From assembly GCA_002104905.1 (NCBI GenBank), contig MCFE01000024.1, forward strand, positions 124,001-188,000: DNA of 64,000 nucleotides, read 5' to 3'. The position numbers and the translations under genes are program-made. The stretch is from Basidiobolus meristosporus CBS 931.73. Lineage: Eukaryota; Fungi; Basidiobolomycota. Positions 26,614 to 38,662 of this stretch are shown one piece after another (position 1 is the first letter of the stretch; the number at the start of each line of letters is the position of its first letter). The notes below the pieces were generated by a model. That model did no database searches. It was given only the letters and a program-made list of their open reading frames with translations, and was not told the DNA's origin.

Positions 26614-27065
26614 ATTAAAATTGGTGGATGATTGTATTAAAGCGATTTGAATCAATTTGGCGCGATCTGCCTTATTTATCTGATTTTTAATACATTATGG
26701 TTAAATCTCCATCAATTGCCATGTATCCCATCATTATGTCGCAAAAATCATCCGCAAACAATGCCTTGGTACTTTTATTGATGCTTTAAGCATAGGTCTA
26801 TAATCAAATAGGAAATCTGCAATTGATGTGATCTGATCCGTGTCAACGTGATCCAAGATGCATCATGCATAATATATGGAAAATTCAACAATCACATTAG
26901 TTTTCATATATATTTCATATAAGACCAGGTTGATGCCAATATACTGCTGTATAAGTATCCAAATCCGTTGCTATGGTCCCCATACCAAGCCTCAACTCAT
27001 CTTTAGTACAACCCAGACAAAACCCATCCCCCAGCTCACAAGCACAGTCCGGACCAGAAAAGTCA

Positions 27066-28220
27066 ATGTTGGATCCGTTTGAGTTCTCGCCAAATGATTT
27101 TAGTATGGCCCAAGTGTCTATGATGAGCCTTCATACAGATATTTGGGCACTACTGATTAATCTAGCAGAACTAGATACCTCAGAGAGTCGACAAAGATGG
27201 AAGAATTTGAGTAGAAAGCTGTGGCATGAGCTCTACATCAAGATGCCAGCCAATGTATGTAAAAAGATATATAACAAGACAAGTATTGAAATCAAGAATG
27301 AGCTGAGAGTGAGGGGATTTGATGAAGAAGCCGCGTAGGAGCAATTTTGCGCACAATTTGCATGGTACAGGCTGGACGCGTCGGTTTGTGCCTCAACTTT
27401 GGGAACCAAAGAGATTTTGAATGAGTTTTTGCCTCAAATGACTAATGTACTACTTGATATATTAGTAGTGCTAAGTGGCTTCTGAGAGCAATATACACAG
27501 GACTCATCCAGGCAACAGCTCCAAAGTATCAGACAGAGGGTAAGTGAATACCTTGAGGAATCAGATGGTGAGCTTCAGGAGGAAGAATACAGACCGCAAG
27601 CAGCATCATCCAGATTGCACCAGCACGCCTTGCTGGATTCCCTACCATCTCTTGCAACCACAGCGCGCCAGTGCACGTCAGTTCAGACCACGCCAACACC
27701 CTTTACCAGAACGCCCCGCATTGAGTCAACTCACGTTGGGTCAACACGTGCGCTTCAGAGCAAAACTACAAGAACTCACCAAACTGCTCATTTAGACACA
27801 AGTCCATTGGAGCTGACCAAGTCGCGTCAACTTGCAGCATCATATTGAACTCTGCCAAGGGCCATCTCAACGTGTCAAGGCGCGCCTGCGCGTGCCATTT
27901 TGCCTGACCATCAGCAAGTTACTTCTGGTGAACTGACTGATGATGACCAACATGAAGTGCCTCAACCACCGGAGCCCTTGGCAAGTAAAAGAACGCGTCA
28001 GCGCGTGGCACTACAGGCCGGTTCAGTTGGTTCAGTCGGAGCAACTCAGCGCGGCCAAGCTGTAGCATCGCACTCATCAACTAGGAGGCAAAATACTGAC
28101 TACAAATACACAAGTAGCCAAGATGATAGTCAGCCAGGGGGTAGTATAGGTTTGCAAAGTGAGTCACTACCAAATGCTTCAGTAGTAATCCCTGTGAGAA
28201 AAAAACCCAGGAGAAGATGA
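27066..28220 (+). pseudogene. Transposon ORF2 (385-codon frame; stops TAG 27336, TGA 27483, TGA 27846); possible accessory DNA-binding protein
   Basis: The track ORFs 26973.., 27615.. and 27900.. share one frame. It has a Trp-containing helical N-terminus (RWKNLSRKLW), an acidic stretch (EYLEESDGELQEEEY) and a basic C-terminus (PVRKKPRRR). Confidence 0.7.
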
Positions 28221-29385
28221 TGCGATTGCTTTGAATCGCTCACATTTGTAATGATCCTGACAACCCTTTTTTTTTGCAATCCAAATCAAGCAATTGCAAA
28301 TCAGTGATCATCAAATTTTTGATATAAGTAATATCAAGGTCGCCTCACATTTGAGACAGAACCCCTGTAAATAAACACCCTGCATATATATACGTCATCT
28401 GTAATACCAGTGCAGCTGTTGGATCTGTTTTGCACCTACACGATCGCTTGCGTGCTGGCTATGACACCTTGTCCAATCACTAGGATCAGGGATTTACTTG
28501 CTCAATGAGCAAAATGGGATATTTGATAGCAAATCAGGTGGCTTTTTTAGTAGTCAATGAGCCAATTGGGGGCTACCAGCTTCAGGATACTTTTGGACCA
28601 ATTAACCACTGAGATACCGTCCAATTGGAGTGAGGGTAACCAAAATGGTAAGTATTAGCATAGTTTATAGTGTGATACACATTTATTTCCATTTACATTA
28701 AAGAAACATATCCAAATACCGGATTTTACCTGCCATAATGGCGGTATCCAATTGCGCACGTGATGCTAACATTACGAGTTGGCGCAATCATCCGTTCCAA
28801 CCTCATTGTGTCAGATTGTGCCATAGTGTGTGAGATTGTCCCGCATAGTGCAAAATCATCCAAGAACAATCCTTCCTTCTGGTAGCTATAATATTGCGCC
28901 CAATTGTTCTTTACAACCGCGGATCACACCACATGCCCTGGCACGGTACGATGGAACAAGTCTATTATGCCTTATTGCTAGGATTACTATGGTGACTTTG
29001 ATCACATGTAACTTTCAAACCAGCCAATCAAATCACATGATATTTTCACAGGTGCTGCGCCTATGTCCGATCTGCGCCACTGCAAATTTTAGCTTTGTAT
29101 CACGTGTATTGCTTGTGCAATCGCCCAAAAACTTTGATCCTTCAAAATTTTCATATATATGACTTCCCCAGCTGAAAAATAAAGAGAGAGCCTCTCTTTC
29201 CAGAATCTCCACACTACAATTACAAGTTTAAAGGTTATAAGACTTCCCCTGCATCACTTGCACTGTTGAGTATTCTGACTTTGACTGGTACTACATCAGT
29301 AAAGAGACTGCAAACCTCACAAGAATCCAATCTAAGTTCTACAAGAAACTACCACTTTTCTGTCAGAAAAGTCCCCTCTAAGAAA

Positions 29386-29540
29386 CCCCTTTACTCCGAA
29401 GAAGCCCCTTTAGGCTCCCCTTTAGTGTAAAGTCCACTTTAGAGACCACTACAAGAAGCCCCTTTACTCTAAAGACACCCCTTTAGACACCCCTTTAGGT
29501 CTAAAGACCCCTTTAAAGACTTCTACAACACACCCCTTTA
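29386..29540 (+). repeat. Eight irregularly spaced CCCCTTTA motifs inside element B
   Basis: Direct count in 29386-29540, plus a degenerate CCCCTCTA at about 29373. Confidence 0.85.
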
Positions 29541-30969
29541 GGTTAAAGGGAAGTTCAGAATTGCCAGATTAGGAAATATCTTCTCAGAAAGGAAAGTGAC
29601 TTCCAAATAAGGAAAAGTTACTATAAAAGTAAATAAGCCCATTAGTCAACAGAAGGTCAGAACACTGCTGTAGAAGTGATAAACACTGCCTACAGTATAT
29701 TTTGAGCCCAAGATTGAGGAAATTAGTGAAAGTTATATCTTCTATTGGTATATCAAACTCCCAATAAACTATTTCAATATTAGCATACTGGAAGTTGTTG
29801 TATATTGATGATTAGCCTCTACATTGTAGAACAAGCCCCAAACTAATCATAATACAACACAACAATTCTATCCTGAATTGCAAAAATATAGATTATTATT
29901 GAATGATTACCGGAGGAGGATTTTACCAAAATCTGTTGCCACTCAAAATACAGCTGAGAATGCAAATACTGGAGCTGTTAACTGCCATTCCAGACTATGT
30001 ATTGATGGAAAAAGATCTCAGAAATAAGCTCTCTGAGTTGCAAGGATCCCAATGACATATAATACATATATATCCACCTGGAGTACAGATATGTACTACA
30101 CAATCCATTGGAAGAATGCTTTAATTGTATCAAGTATTTTGATACTAAAGCCAATGTACCAGGAACTAAATATGGAGCTGTTAGACATGCTATTACTCTG
30201 TTTAAGTCTCAAAACAGTGGGAGAATAGACTTGTTCCATTGTACCGTGCCAGGGCGCGTGGCGCAATCCGCGGTTGTAAAGAACAATAGGGCGCAATATT
30301 ATAGCTACCAGAAGGCAGGATTGTTCTTGGACAATTTCACACTATGCGGGACAATCTTGCACACTATGGCACAATCTGACATGATGAGGTTGGCACGGAT
30401 GATTGCGCCAACTTGTAATGTTTGCATCACATGCGCGATTGGATACCGCTATTATGGCAGGTAAAATCCGGTGTTTGGATATGTTTCTTTAATGTAAATG
30501 GAAATAAATGTGTATCACACTATAAACTACACTGATACTTACCATTTTGGTTACCCTCACTCCAATTGGACAGTATCTCAGTGGTTAATTGGTCCAAAAG
30601 TATCTTGAAGCTGGCAGCCCCCAATTGGCTCATTGACTACTGAAAAAGCTACCTGATTTGCCATCAAATATCCCATTTTGCCAATTGAGCAAGTAAATCC
30701 CTGATCCTAGTGATAGGACAAGGTGTCATAGCTAGCATGCAAGCAATTGTGTAGGTGCAAAACAGATCCAATAGCTGCACTGGTATTACAGATGATGTAT
30801 ATATATGCAGGGTGTTTATTTATAGGGGTTCTGTCTCAAATGTGAGACAACCTTGATATTACTTATATCAAAAATTTGATGATCACTGATTTGCAATGGC
30901 TTGATTTGGATTGCAAAAAAAAAGGGTTGTTGGGATCATTACAAATGTGAGCAATTCAAAGCGATCGCA

Positions 30970-32109
30970 TCATCTTCTCCTGGGTTTTTTTCTCACAGGG
31001 ATTGCTACTGAAGCATTTGGCAGTGACTCACTTTGCACACCTATACTACTTCCTGGCTGACTATCATCTAGGCTACTTGTGTATTTGTACTCAGTATGTT
31101 GCCTCCTAGTTGATGAGTGCAATGCAGCAGCTTGGCCGTGCTGAATTGCTCCAACTGAACCAACTGCACCGGCCTGTAGTGCCATGCGCTGACTTGTTCC
31201 TTTACTTGCCAAGGGCTCCAGTGGTTGAGGCACTTCATGTTGGTCATCATCAGTCAGTTCACCAGAAGTAACTTGCTGATGGTCAGGCAAAACAGCATGC
31301 ACAGGCGTGCATTGACGCATTGAGATGGCCCTTGGCTGAGTTCAATGTGATGCTGCATGTTGACGCAACTTGGTCTGCTCCAATGGACTCGTGTCTAAAT
31401 GAGCAGTTTGGCAAGTTCTTGTAGTTTTGCTCTGAAGCATGCACGTTGACTTGATGCGGGGTGTTCTGGTAAAGGGTGTTGGCATGGTCTGGACTGACGT
31501 GCACCGGCACGCTGTGGTTGCAAGAGATGGTAGGGAATCCAGCAAGGCGTGCTGGCGCAATCTGGATGATGCTGCTTGCGGTCTGTATTCTTCCTCCTGA
31601 AGCTCACCATCTGATTCCTCAAGGTATTCACTTACCCTCTGTCTGATACTTTGGAGCTGTTGCCTGGATGAGTCCTGTGTATATTGCTCTCAGAAGCCAC
31701 TTAGCTCTACTAATATATCACGTAGTATATTAGTCATTTGAGGCAAAAACTCATTCAAAATCTCTTTGGTTCCCAAAGTTGAGGCACAAACAGACGTGTC
31801 CAGCCCATACTGTGCCAATTGCGTGCAAAATTGTTCCCACGCGGCTTCTTTGTCAAATCCCCTCACTCTCAGCTCATTCTTGATTTCAATACTTGTCTTG
31901 TTATATATCTTTTTACATACATCGGCTGGCATCTTGATGTAGAACTCATGCCACAGCTTTCTACTCCAATTCTTCCATCTTTGTTGACTCTCTGAGGTAT
32001 CTAGTTCTGCTAGATTAATCAGTAGTGCCCAAATATCTGTATGAAGGCTCATCATAGACACTTGGGCCATACTAAAATCATTTGGCAAGAACTCAAACGG
32101 ATCCAACAT
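30970..32109 (-). pseudogene. Transposon ORF2 of copy 2 (380-codon frame with two in-frame TGA stops)
   Basis: The track ORFs 31690..32202, 31342..31560 and 30970..31320 share one frame. The TGA stops are at the same positions as in copy 1, and there is a 15-bp in-frame indel relative to copy 1. Confidence 0.7.
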
Positions 32110-32561
32110 TGACTTTTCCGGTCCGGACTGCGCTTGTGAGCTGGGGGATGGGTTTTGTCTGGGTTGTACTAAAGATGAGTTGAGGCTTGGTATGGGGACC
32201 ATAGCAACGGATTTGGATACTTATACAGCAGTATATTGGCATCAACCTGGTCTTATATGAAATATATATGAAAACTAATGTGATTGTTGAATTTTCCATA
32301 TATTATGCATGATGCATCTTGGATTGCGTTGACACGGATTAAATCACATCAATTGCAGATTTCCTATTTGATTATAGACCTACGATTAATGCATCAATAA
32401 AAGTACTAAGGCATTGTTTGTGGATGATTTTTGCTACATAATGATGGGATACATGGCAATTGATGGAGATTTAACCATAATGCATTAAAAATCAGATAAA
32501 TAACGCAGATTGCGCCAAATTGATTTAAACCACCTCCATACAATCATCCATCAATTTTAAT

Positions 32562-33446
32562 ATGACTTACTCATCTGAATGGTCTTTTCTGATCAATCCC
32601 ATCACTACCACTGGATTTCCTTTTGACACACTAGGGGAGATCTATTCCAAGTACTGTGGACCATCAACCCCAATCTACTCAAGGAGATCCCTTGTTAAGC
32701 TTCTCTGCTATTACAAGAACTGTTGCCCTACAAGGTTTCATCCCACCATCCATGGCAACAAAAGTCCTAGAAGCTTTCATGCCCAGCTGACAGCAATGGA
32801 GAACCACCTTGCAGAGGGTATGAATGACTTAGAGCAAGCTTGGAATACTAGGTTCAGAAGCTCCAATAGACTTCCATATCCCAGAGTGTTCAGCAACAGG
32901 TTCCATATCAGGAGTATTTTGGATACCTTCCCAGTGAGGATTAACAGACCTTCTAGTGGGCAGAGGCATTTTTATTCTGGCAAGTACAAGGCACACTGTG
33001 TGAAGTTTCAAGCACTGTCTGACATTGAGGGTAACATCATCTGGTTTAGTGGGCCATTTGCTGGAAGTAGGCATGACAAAGCACTCTGGGTAGAGAATTA
33101 TCCTAAATTCAGTAGAGGGGAGAAATGTATGGCAGACTTAGCCTATATAGGAGAGGATTGTCAGAGATTAGGATGTATTACAGCTTATAGGAAGCCAAGG
33201 AATGGTGTGCTTAGCAGGAAGCAGAAGCTCTACAATGAGATATTTAATCATTTCAGAGTAAGGGTAGAGCACACATTTGGATATCTGAAGAGATTCAGCA
33301 TATTGGCAGGTAAATACTGAGGAAAGTCATATATAGGAGAAAACAGCAGTATAGGTAAAATAGTTAAGATACTTATTAATGCACAGTATGTTCATACAAG
33401 AAGACATCCACTGAGAGAAATGTGTCTGGAGCATTATGAAGAGTAA
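32562..33446 (+). pseudogene. Transposase of copy 2 with a premature TGA at 33318 (AGA in copy 1)
   Basis: Nearly identical to 25729..26613. The frame continues past the stop to ...MCLEHYEE* at 33446. Confidence 0.9.
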
Positions 33447-35091
33447 ATAAAGCAAGGAAAGCACTATTCTGAGCAACATAAGTAAAATTGAGTAAAATTA
33501 CCAGTAGCTGTATCATACCACAGGCATCATGGTAGAAATTATAGGGCCAGATAGTGCCGTAGAGTGTCAGATCAATCCAGCACCATAAACCGGCTGGCAC
33601 TATGTGGCACTATCCAACGGAACAAGTCTAATGTATTATAAAATTTAGCAAAATCAACTCAAGAAGATTCTACCACCAGCCAAAGAAGTGAAGCATATAA
33701 TTGCAAGCCTGATTGGAGTATACAACCAAACAACAGTTGGTCAGTACACAGCTGAGAGCCACTCAGAAGATAACATACTACTTAATACTTGTTATATATA
33801 TCTCGTTTATTACAGTGGGGGAAAACACTTGGTGATATTTAACATCTCTGGATCAGATCTGAAGAATTTTGATTGATCAAATCACCACCAAGCTCCACAA
33901 TTCAGGATACTGATATATTAGAGTCTAATATCAAAGTTGTGAAGAAGTTAGCTATCAAATGCAGTTTATTTGAATAAATTTGGTCAACTCTGTCAATCGT
34001 TGTGACTGCTCTAAGTGAATGCCAGTTTTGATTACTTCACTCTCAAATAGACAGATATTCTGGAACAATGATGTCAGGGAGACTCTTGTGCTCAAAAACA
34101 CTGTGGTCCCACCTGCAAGGAAGTCCAGAACCACCCACAAAAGGATTAATTCCTGGGTCATCAGCAGAAAAAGAAAAGAAGAAAAAATGGAAAATACTAC
34201 TACAGCAAACAAGGGTATTTCCCAAATTGAGCCAAGACTTATGTAGGCCATATTTGGACTATCTGGCAATGCAGATATGCTCTATGGAGCCTCTTGTACC
34301 ACATTTTCAAGCCAGAAATCCCAGAAGAGCCTTGAAACTTCAACAGGATCTGTCAGATATTGTAGTATATATTAGAACAGATTATTTAATGCAGAAGTCT
34401 TGATGTCTGCTGTCTATAAAGCTGAAAGAAAATGGTGCAAGGATCAATCAAGATAGTTTTTATGGATTCTGCAGTCACTGAGAAGACCGGTTAGCCTTTC
34501 AAACTGACCTCAAGGTTGCAAATAACTATCAGGAGAATAAGGATAATCAAAGCCCTTGTTAACAAGAATCCCACCTCCGGAAAAGTGCCAATCTCTATTC
34601 TGCATGTATATTCTGATAAGACAAAAGCAGCTGTATCAATACAAATCAGTAGAAGCACTCTAAGAATAGCTACCAAACAACCTGTGGTGTTGTCCAATAC
34701 CAAACTGGGTAAATCAAGAAGCAAATGGACTTTGAACTTATTGCAAATGAAGTAATCAGTCCTAAGAAAGTTATTGCTTCTTAAAGAAGACAAAGATGAC
34801 CATTCTAGATCCTTTTGTGGATCTGAATCACTAAACAGATGTGGTTCAAGTGGGAGCAGGCCATCCTAGCTCAGAGCTGAGCAAAAATCTTCTTTTTTGG
34901 CCATATCATATGTGCCACAGTGCCAGGAAACAAGGATAATCCAGATCAGGCTTAAATGACAAAACCTTAACTTGACCCAAAGTAGGTCACTATTTTTAAC
35001 TCATATAGCATCTACATGATGGAAGTAACTGTCCCTGAGCCTAATATGGACACACAGCAAAGTTGTCTAAATGTATTAGACTGTTGGCCAG

Positions 35092-36162
35092 TGTGGTGGT
35101 GTATAAGTCCAAGGGAGAGATACATCCAACACTTCTCAAGTGTTTTGTGTGCAGGGTGTTCACTGGGTACAATAACCTCTGGCAAAGGCTTGCTAGGAAT
35201 ACTTGGGTTCTATCTCTAATCTAATGTGAAGGGGAATAAAGCCACAAGCTTGTCAAGGGAAAACTATTGAGCCACAATCCCCAACTTAGTTGGCATCTTA
35301 ACAAAAGTATGCGCTGGGTTCAGCGTTCTTTGAGATGACAATGTACTAAAGCTTCCAAAGCCAAAACAACTGTAAACTCCACCAGCAGGGACTTAATAAG
35401 AATGCAGCTGTGGTCAATAGTTACAAAGAAAGAAAAGTATCTTTGCCTGTACAAGAACAAACTTGTGAAAGAATCAAATATAATAAAAGATACCTACTCT
35501 GAGTATTCCTCACAAGTAGTGCCTCAAAGGTCAGTTGGCTGTCAGCGTGGTTTCCTGGGAGTGTCCTGTGGTCTGGGGTTGGAAGTTCAGGTAGCAGCAG
35601 GTAGCAGTGATCACACTAATCAACAGGTTGGTATATTGATAAAAGGGATGATGATTTATTGGTGAGGGATAGCCTCCATTATATACTTTTCCTACTGGCT
35701 AAGTGATTACTAATCATGGTGTTCCAGAAGGTTCCGGATATCAATAGAAATCTTAATGACATAAGAATGACCTGAGAATGTTCTAAGTAGGTGCTGGAAG
35801 GTTCTAAGAGGCACAGCACATGCAACCAATCAGGAATCAGTATTTTGAAACCTGTGTAACATAGGGATACCATATATGGAGTGGAAAAGGTAGGGATGGT
35901 GACACGGGTTGATCATGTGTCACAGGTACTGGCGCGGAGACTTGCCTAATATAGAAGCACTTATAGCTAGTAATCTTACATAAAGTGAGGGGCAACTTAT
36001 GAAATAAGGTAAGCAGGTGTGATAGTCAACCGGCTCATGGGAGAGTACTGATTGGGTAAGACAAATGGGATAAAACTAAAATAAGTGTAGTAGAGATATA
36101 GGGAAGTAGAAAATATGGGAATGAGCACATCTGTCAGTGGGTGTCACTGTCACCCCACTACA
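35092..36162 (+). mobile_element. Solo LTR family E (1071 bp) inside element B
   Basis: TGTGGTGG...CCACTACA termini with a perfect 4-bp TSD CCAG/CCAG. Confidence 0.92.
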
Positions 36163-37548
36163 CCAGAAATAAGGAAACTTGAGATCCGCTGTAAATGACA
36201 AAACCTTAACTTCACCAAATGGGGTCAATTTTGCTCAAAAAAGAAGCTTTAGATAGCCCAGAGGCTATATATTATTATTACAATCTGTCAGTTAGACTCT
36301 ACCTATTATTCAAGTCCATACAACTGAGCAATGTTGTTGATTAGTATAGTGATCAGATCATTCCAATTTTTTAGGCATACTATCAAGTAGATATGCACAT
36401 TGAGTTCCAAGTTACTTGTTCAATTAAGTTGAACACAAATGCATATACTGTTGGATAATATATTAGTCTAGTATGCAACACAGTTATGTCTTATATGCTT
36501 ATTACAGATTGCAAACTCTCAATATGTATTTATTACTTATGAATATTTTGTTGAGTGGGAGTGTTGTAATTACTGAGTTGTCACCTAAATATTCATGCTA
36601 ATTTAGTCACATAGATCTTATACTGTGATTAGCATTCTGTCCTGACCAGATTTCTTGTTGGGATTTACTTGAAATATTTTCACCAAATTGTCAGGTACCC
36701 ATATTATTATTTTTCTCAAAGTTGTCCAAAAGACCCCAAACTTTGCAAACAAATATTTGGGACCTTCCTTAACAAACTCTACAAGTTTGATTTCTCTACT
36801 CTATTGAAAGTATAAATACCACACATTTGATCAATAAATCTACAAGTGAATAGCATGTAAATCCTCTAGTTCTCCACATCACTTCCAATACTCCTCAGAA
36901 TATTGCAACAAAAATCACATCATCTACATGTTCTCCCAATCACTTCCAATATCTCCAAGACTCTTACAACAGTTTATGAGCCCCAAGCTGTCACTCTCTG
37001 CAATGTCCACTACTGCTATTACTGGAATTTTTCCTTCTGCCAAAAAGTTGGATGGATCTAACTACCATGTGTGGAAGATGAAGATGCAGATGCTGCTACA
37101 AGAAAGAGGCCATTGCAATACTATCATGGGAGAAGAGTGCCCACTTAAGAGTGTGGGAGAGGAGGCCTTTAAGTATCAGAAGAAAGAACAAAGTGCCTTT
37201 AATTGCATTTGCCTCAATGTTAAAGACAAATTGCTAATTCAATGCTCATGAGCAAAAACAACAAAGAATGCCTGGAAGGCATTAGAAGACATATACCAGC
37301 CATATTCAGCTGCTAAAAAAATGTATCTGAGACAAAAATTCCTTACTACAAAGATGCTTGTAGGAGAAGAAATGAGAAATCTAATTAACAGAATTACCCT
37401 GCTGGTAGATAAACAGAACCTGTGGACATACCAGCTACTAGTGAGGATGTGATAGTAACCATCCATAATACCCAGACAGACAAGTTTTAGGGCCTTTATC
37501 AGCCTTAAAGTCCAGAACTGACAATTTGACCTTAAATTACATATATGG

Positions 37549-37899
37549 TGTTGTAAAGAATTTGTAATTTCACCAAAAAATATTTACCTAAATTAGTCAC
37601 TTAGATCATGACCAGCAAATCCTAGAGAATACTGACCAGATTTCTTATTGGGATTTACTTATAAATTTTCACCAAAATACCCGGTACCCAGAACATGAAA
37701 ATCCTCAGAGTTGTCCAAACAGCCCCAAACTTTGCACACATGCTCTTGAGACCTTTCTTAGCCTATTCTATGTGTTTGTAATGCCAAGAATATGTAAAAG
37801 TATAAATACTACTTTTATATTCAATAAGTCATTAAGTGAGAAACACATAATCTACTTGCCCTCCCAATTGCTTCTAATAACTCCAAGACTCTTACAACA
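37549..37899 (+). mobile_element. Solo LTR, family A, inside A3 gag
   Basis: TGTTGTAA...TTACAACA termini with TSD TATGG/TATAG; gag continues on both sides. Confidence 0.9.
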
Positions 37900-38662
37900 T
37901 ATAGAAGGCTCCTGGATGAAGAATTAAGAAAATCCAGCACCAGTAAGAAGAAAGAAAAAAATGCTTTAATAAGTAATGATAACTAACCAAGGAGGTACCC
38001 AAGACCAAAAAAAGGCAATAGCAACCTGCATTGCAACTACTGCAAAAGGAAAGAACACACATTGGACCGGTGTCTTAGAAAGAAAGATAGTTAGCAGAAA
38101 AAGCCTGAATATGGAAATGCTGCAACAACTGAAGATAGACTATTCATATCTGTACCAAATATGACCACAAACAAGGATTTTCAGACAGAGTATATTGACT
38201 CTGGAGCATCTCAACACTTTACACACCAAAAAGAACTTTTACCCAATACCAAGAAAATCCAATACAGAAGGATTTCATGGGTGGTAATAGAACACTTGAT
38301 GCAGTGGGAGAAAGAACTATCCAAGTAAACTTTAGAAGCAGTGTAAGAAGCCTTACACTGACCTTTAAAAAAGTACTCTATGTACCAGAAATAGCCAAGA
38401 ACCTACTATCTGTAAGCCATGCCACTGCAGAAGAACTGAGTTTTGGCTTTGATAGTTCTGGATGCAAGATCACTGATCAAAATGGTGCCTATATTGCTTT
38501 GGGTATCAGAGATCAGATTCTATACAATTTGACTTATTTTCCATCATACTTGGAAGCCAATATAAGTACCTTAAATAAAGAAACGCCAATGCTTTGGCAC
38601 AGAAGATTTGGGGATATCAATTGTGATTATTTGTGTAAAAAGATCAAAGATCAGCTAATTTC

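Larger units (their letters stand above)
25546..28963 (-). mobile_element. PHIS-group (Pangu-like) DNA transposon, full-length copy 1 (3418 bp)
   Basis: TIRs AGACTTGTTCC...GGAACAAGTCT, 3-bp flanks ACT/ATT, subterminal GTGCCA/TGGCAC repeats, and two divergently transcribed ORFs. Confidence 0.92.
30227..33629 (+). mobile_element. PHIS-group (Pangu-like) DNA transposon, full-length copy 2 (3403 bp), inverted relative to copy 1
   Basis: Same TIRs, perfect AAT/AAT TSD, and collinear with the reverse complement of 25546-28963. Confidence 0.93.
24144..36910 (+). mobile_element. LTR element B (LTRs 24144-24492 and 36562-36910, related to family A); apparently non-autonomous and host to three nested insertions
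   Basis: TG...CA LTRs, PBS GGTTATGAGCCC at 24493, PPT GAGTGGGAG before 36562, and TSD AAAAC/AAAAT inside the A3 LTR. I recognise no gag-pol motifs in the roughly 4 kb of internal sequence left after removing the nested inserts. Confidence 0.85.

Noticed and set aside
29386-29540. CRISPR array or interstitial telomere
   Set aside because: Units are 8 bp with irregular 3-35 bp spacing in a eukaryotic TE, and the sequence is not TTAGGG or TTTAGGG.
25729-33446. Neat reciprocal complementation (copy 1 supplies transposase, copy 2 supplies ORF2)
   Set aside because: It holds only if ORF2 ends at the first TGA. The longer shared frame suggests ORF2 is disrupted in both copies.
34954-36212. 20-bp direct repeat AAATGACAAAACCTTAACTT on either side of the E solo LTR
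   Set aside because: It is not adjacent to the LTR ends and is most likely a small pre-existing duplication within element B.
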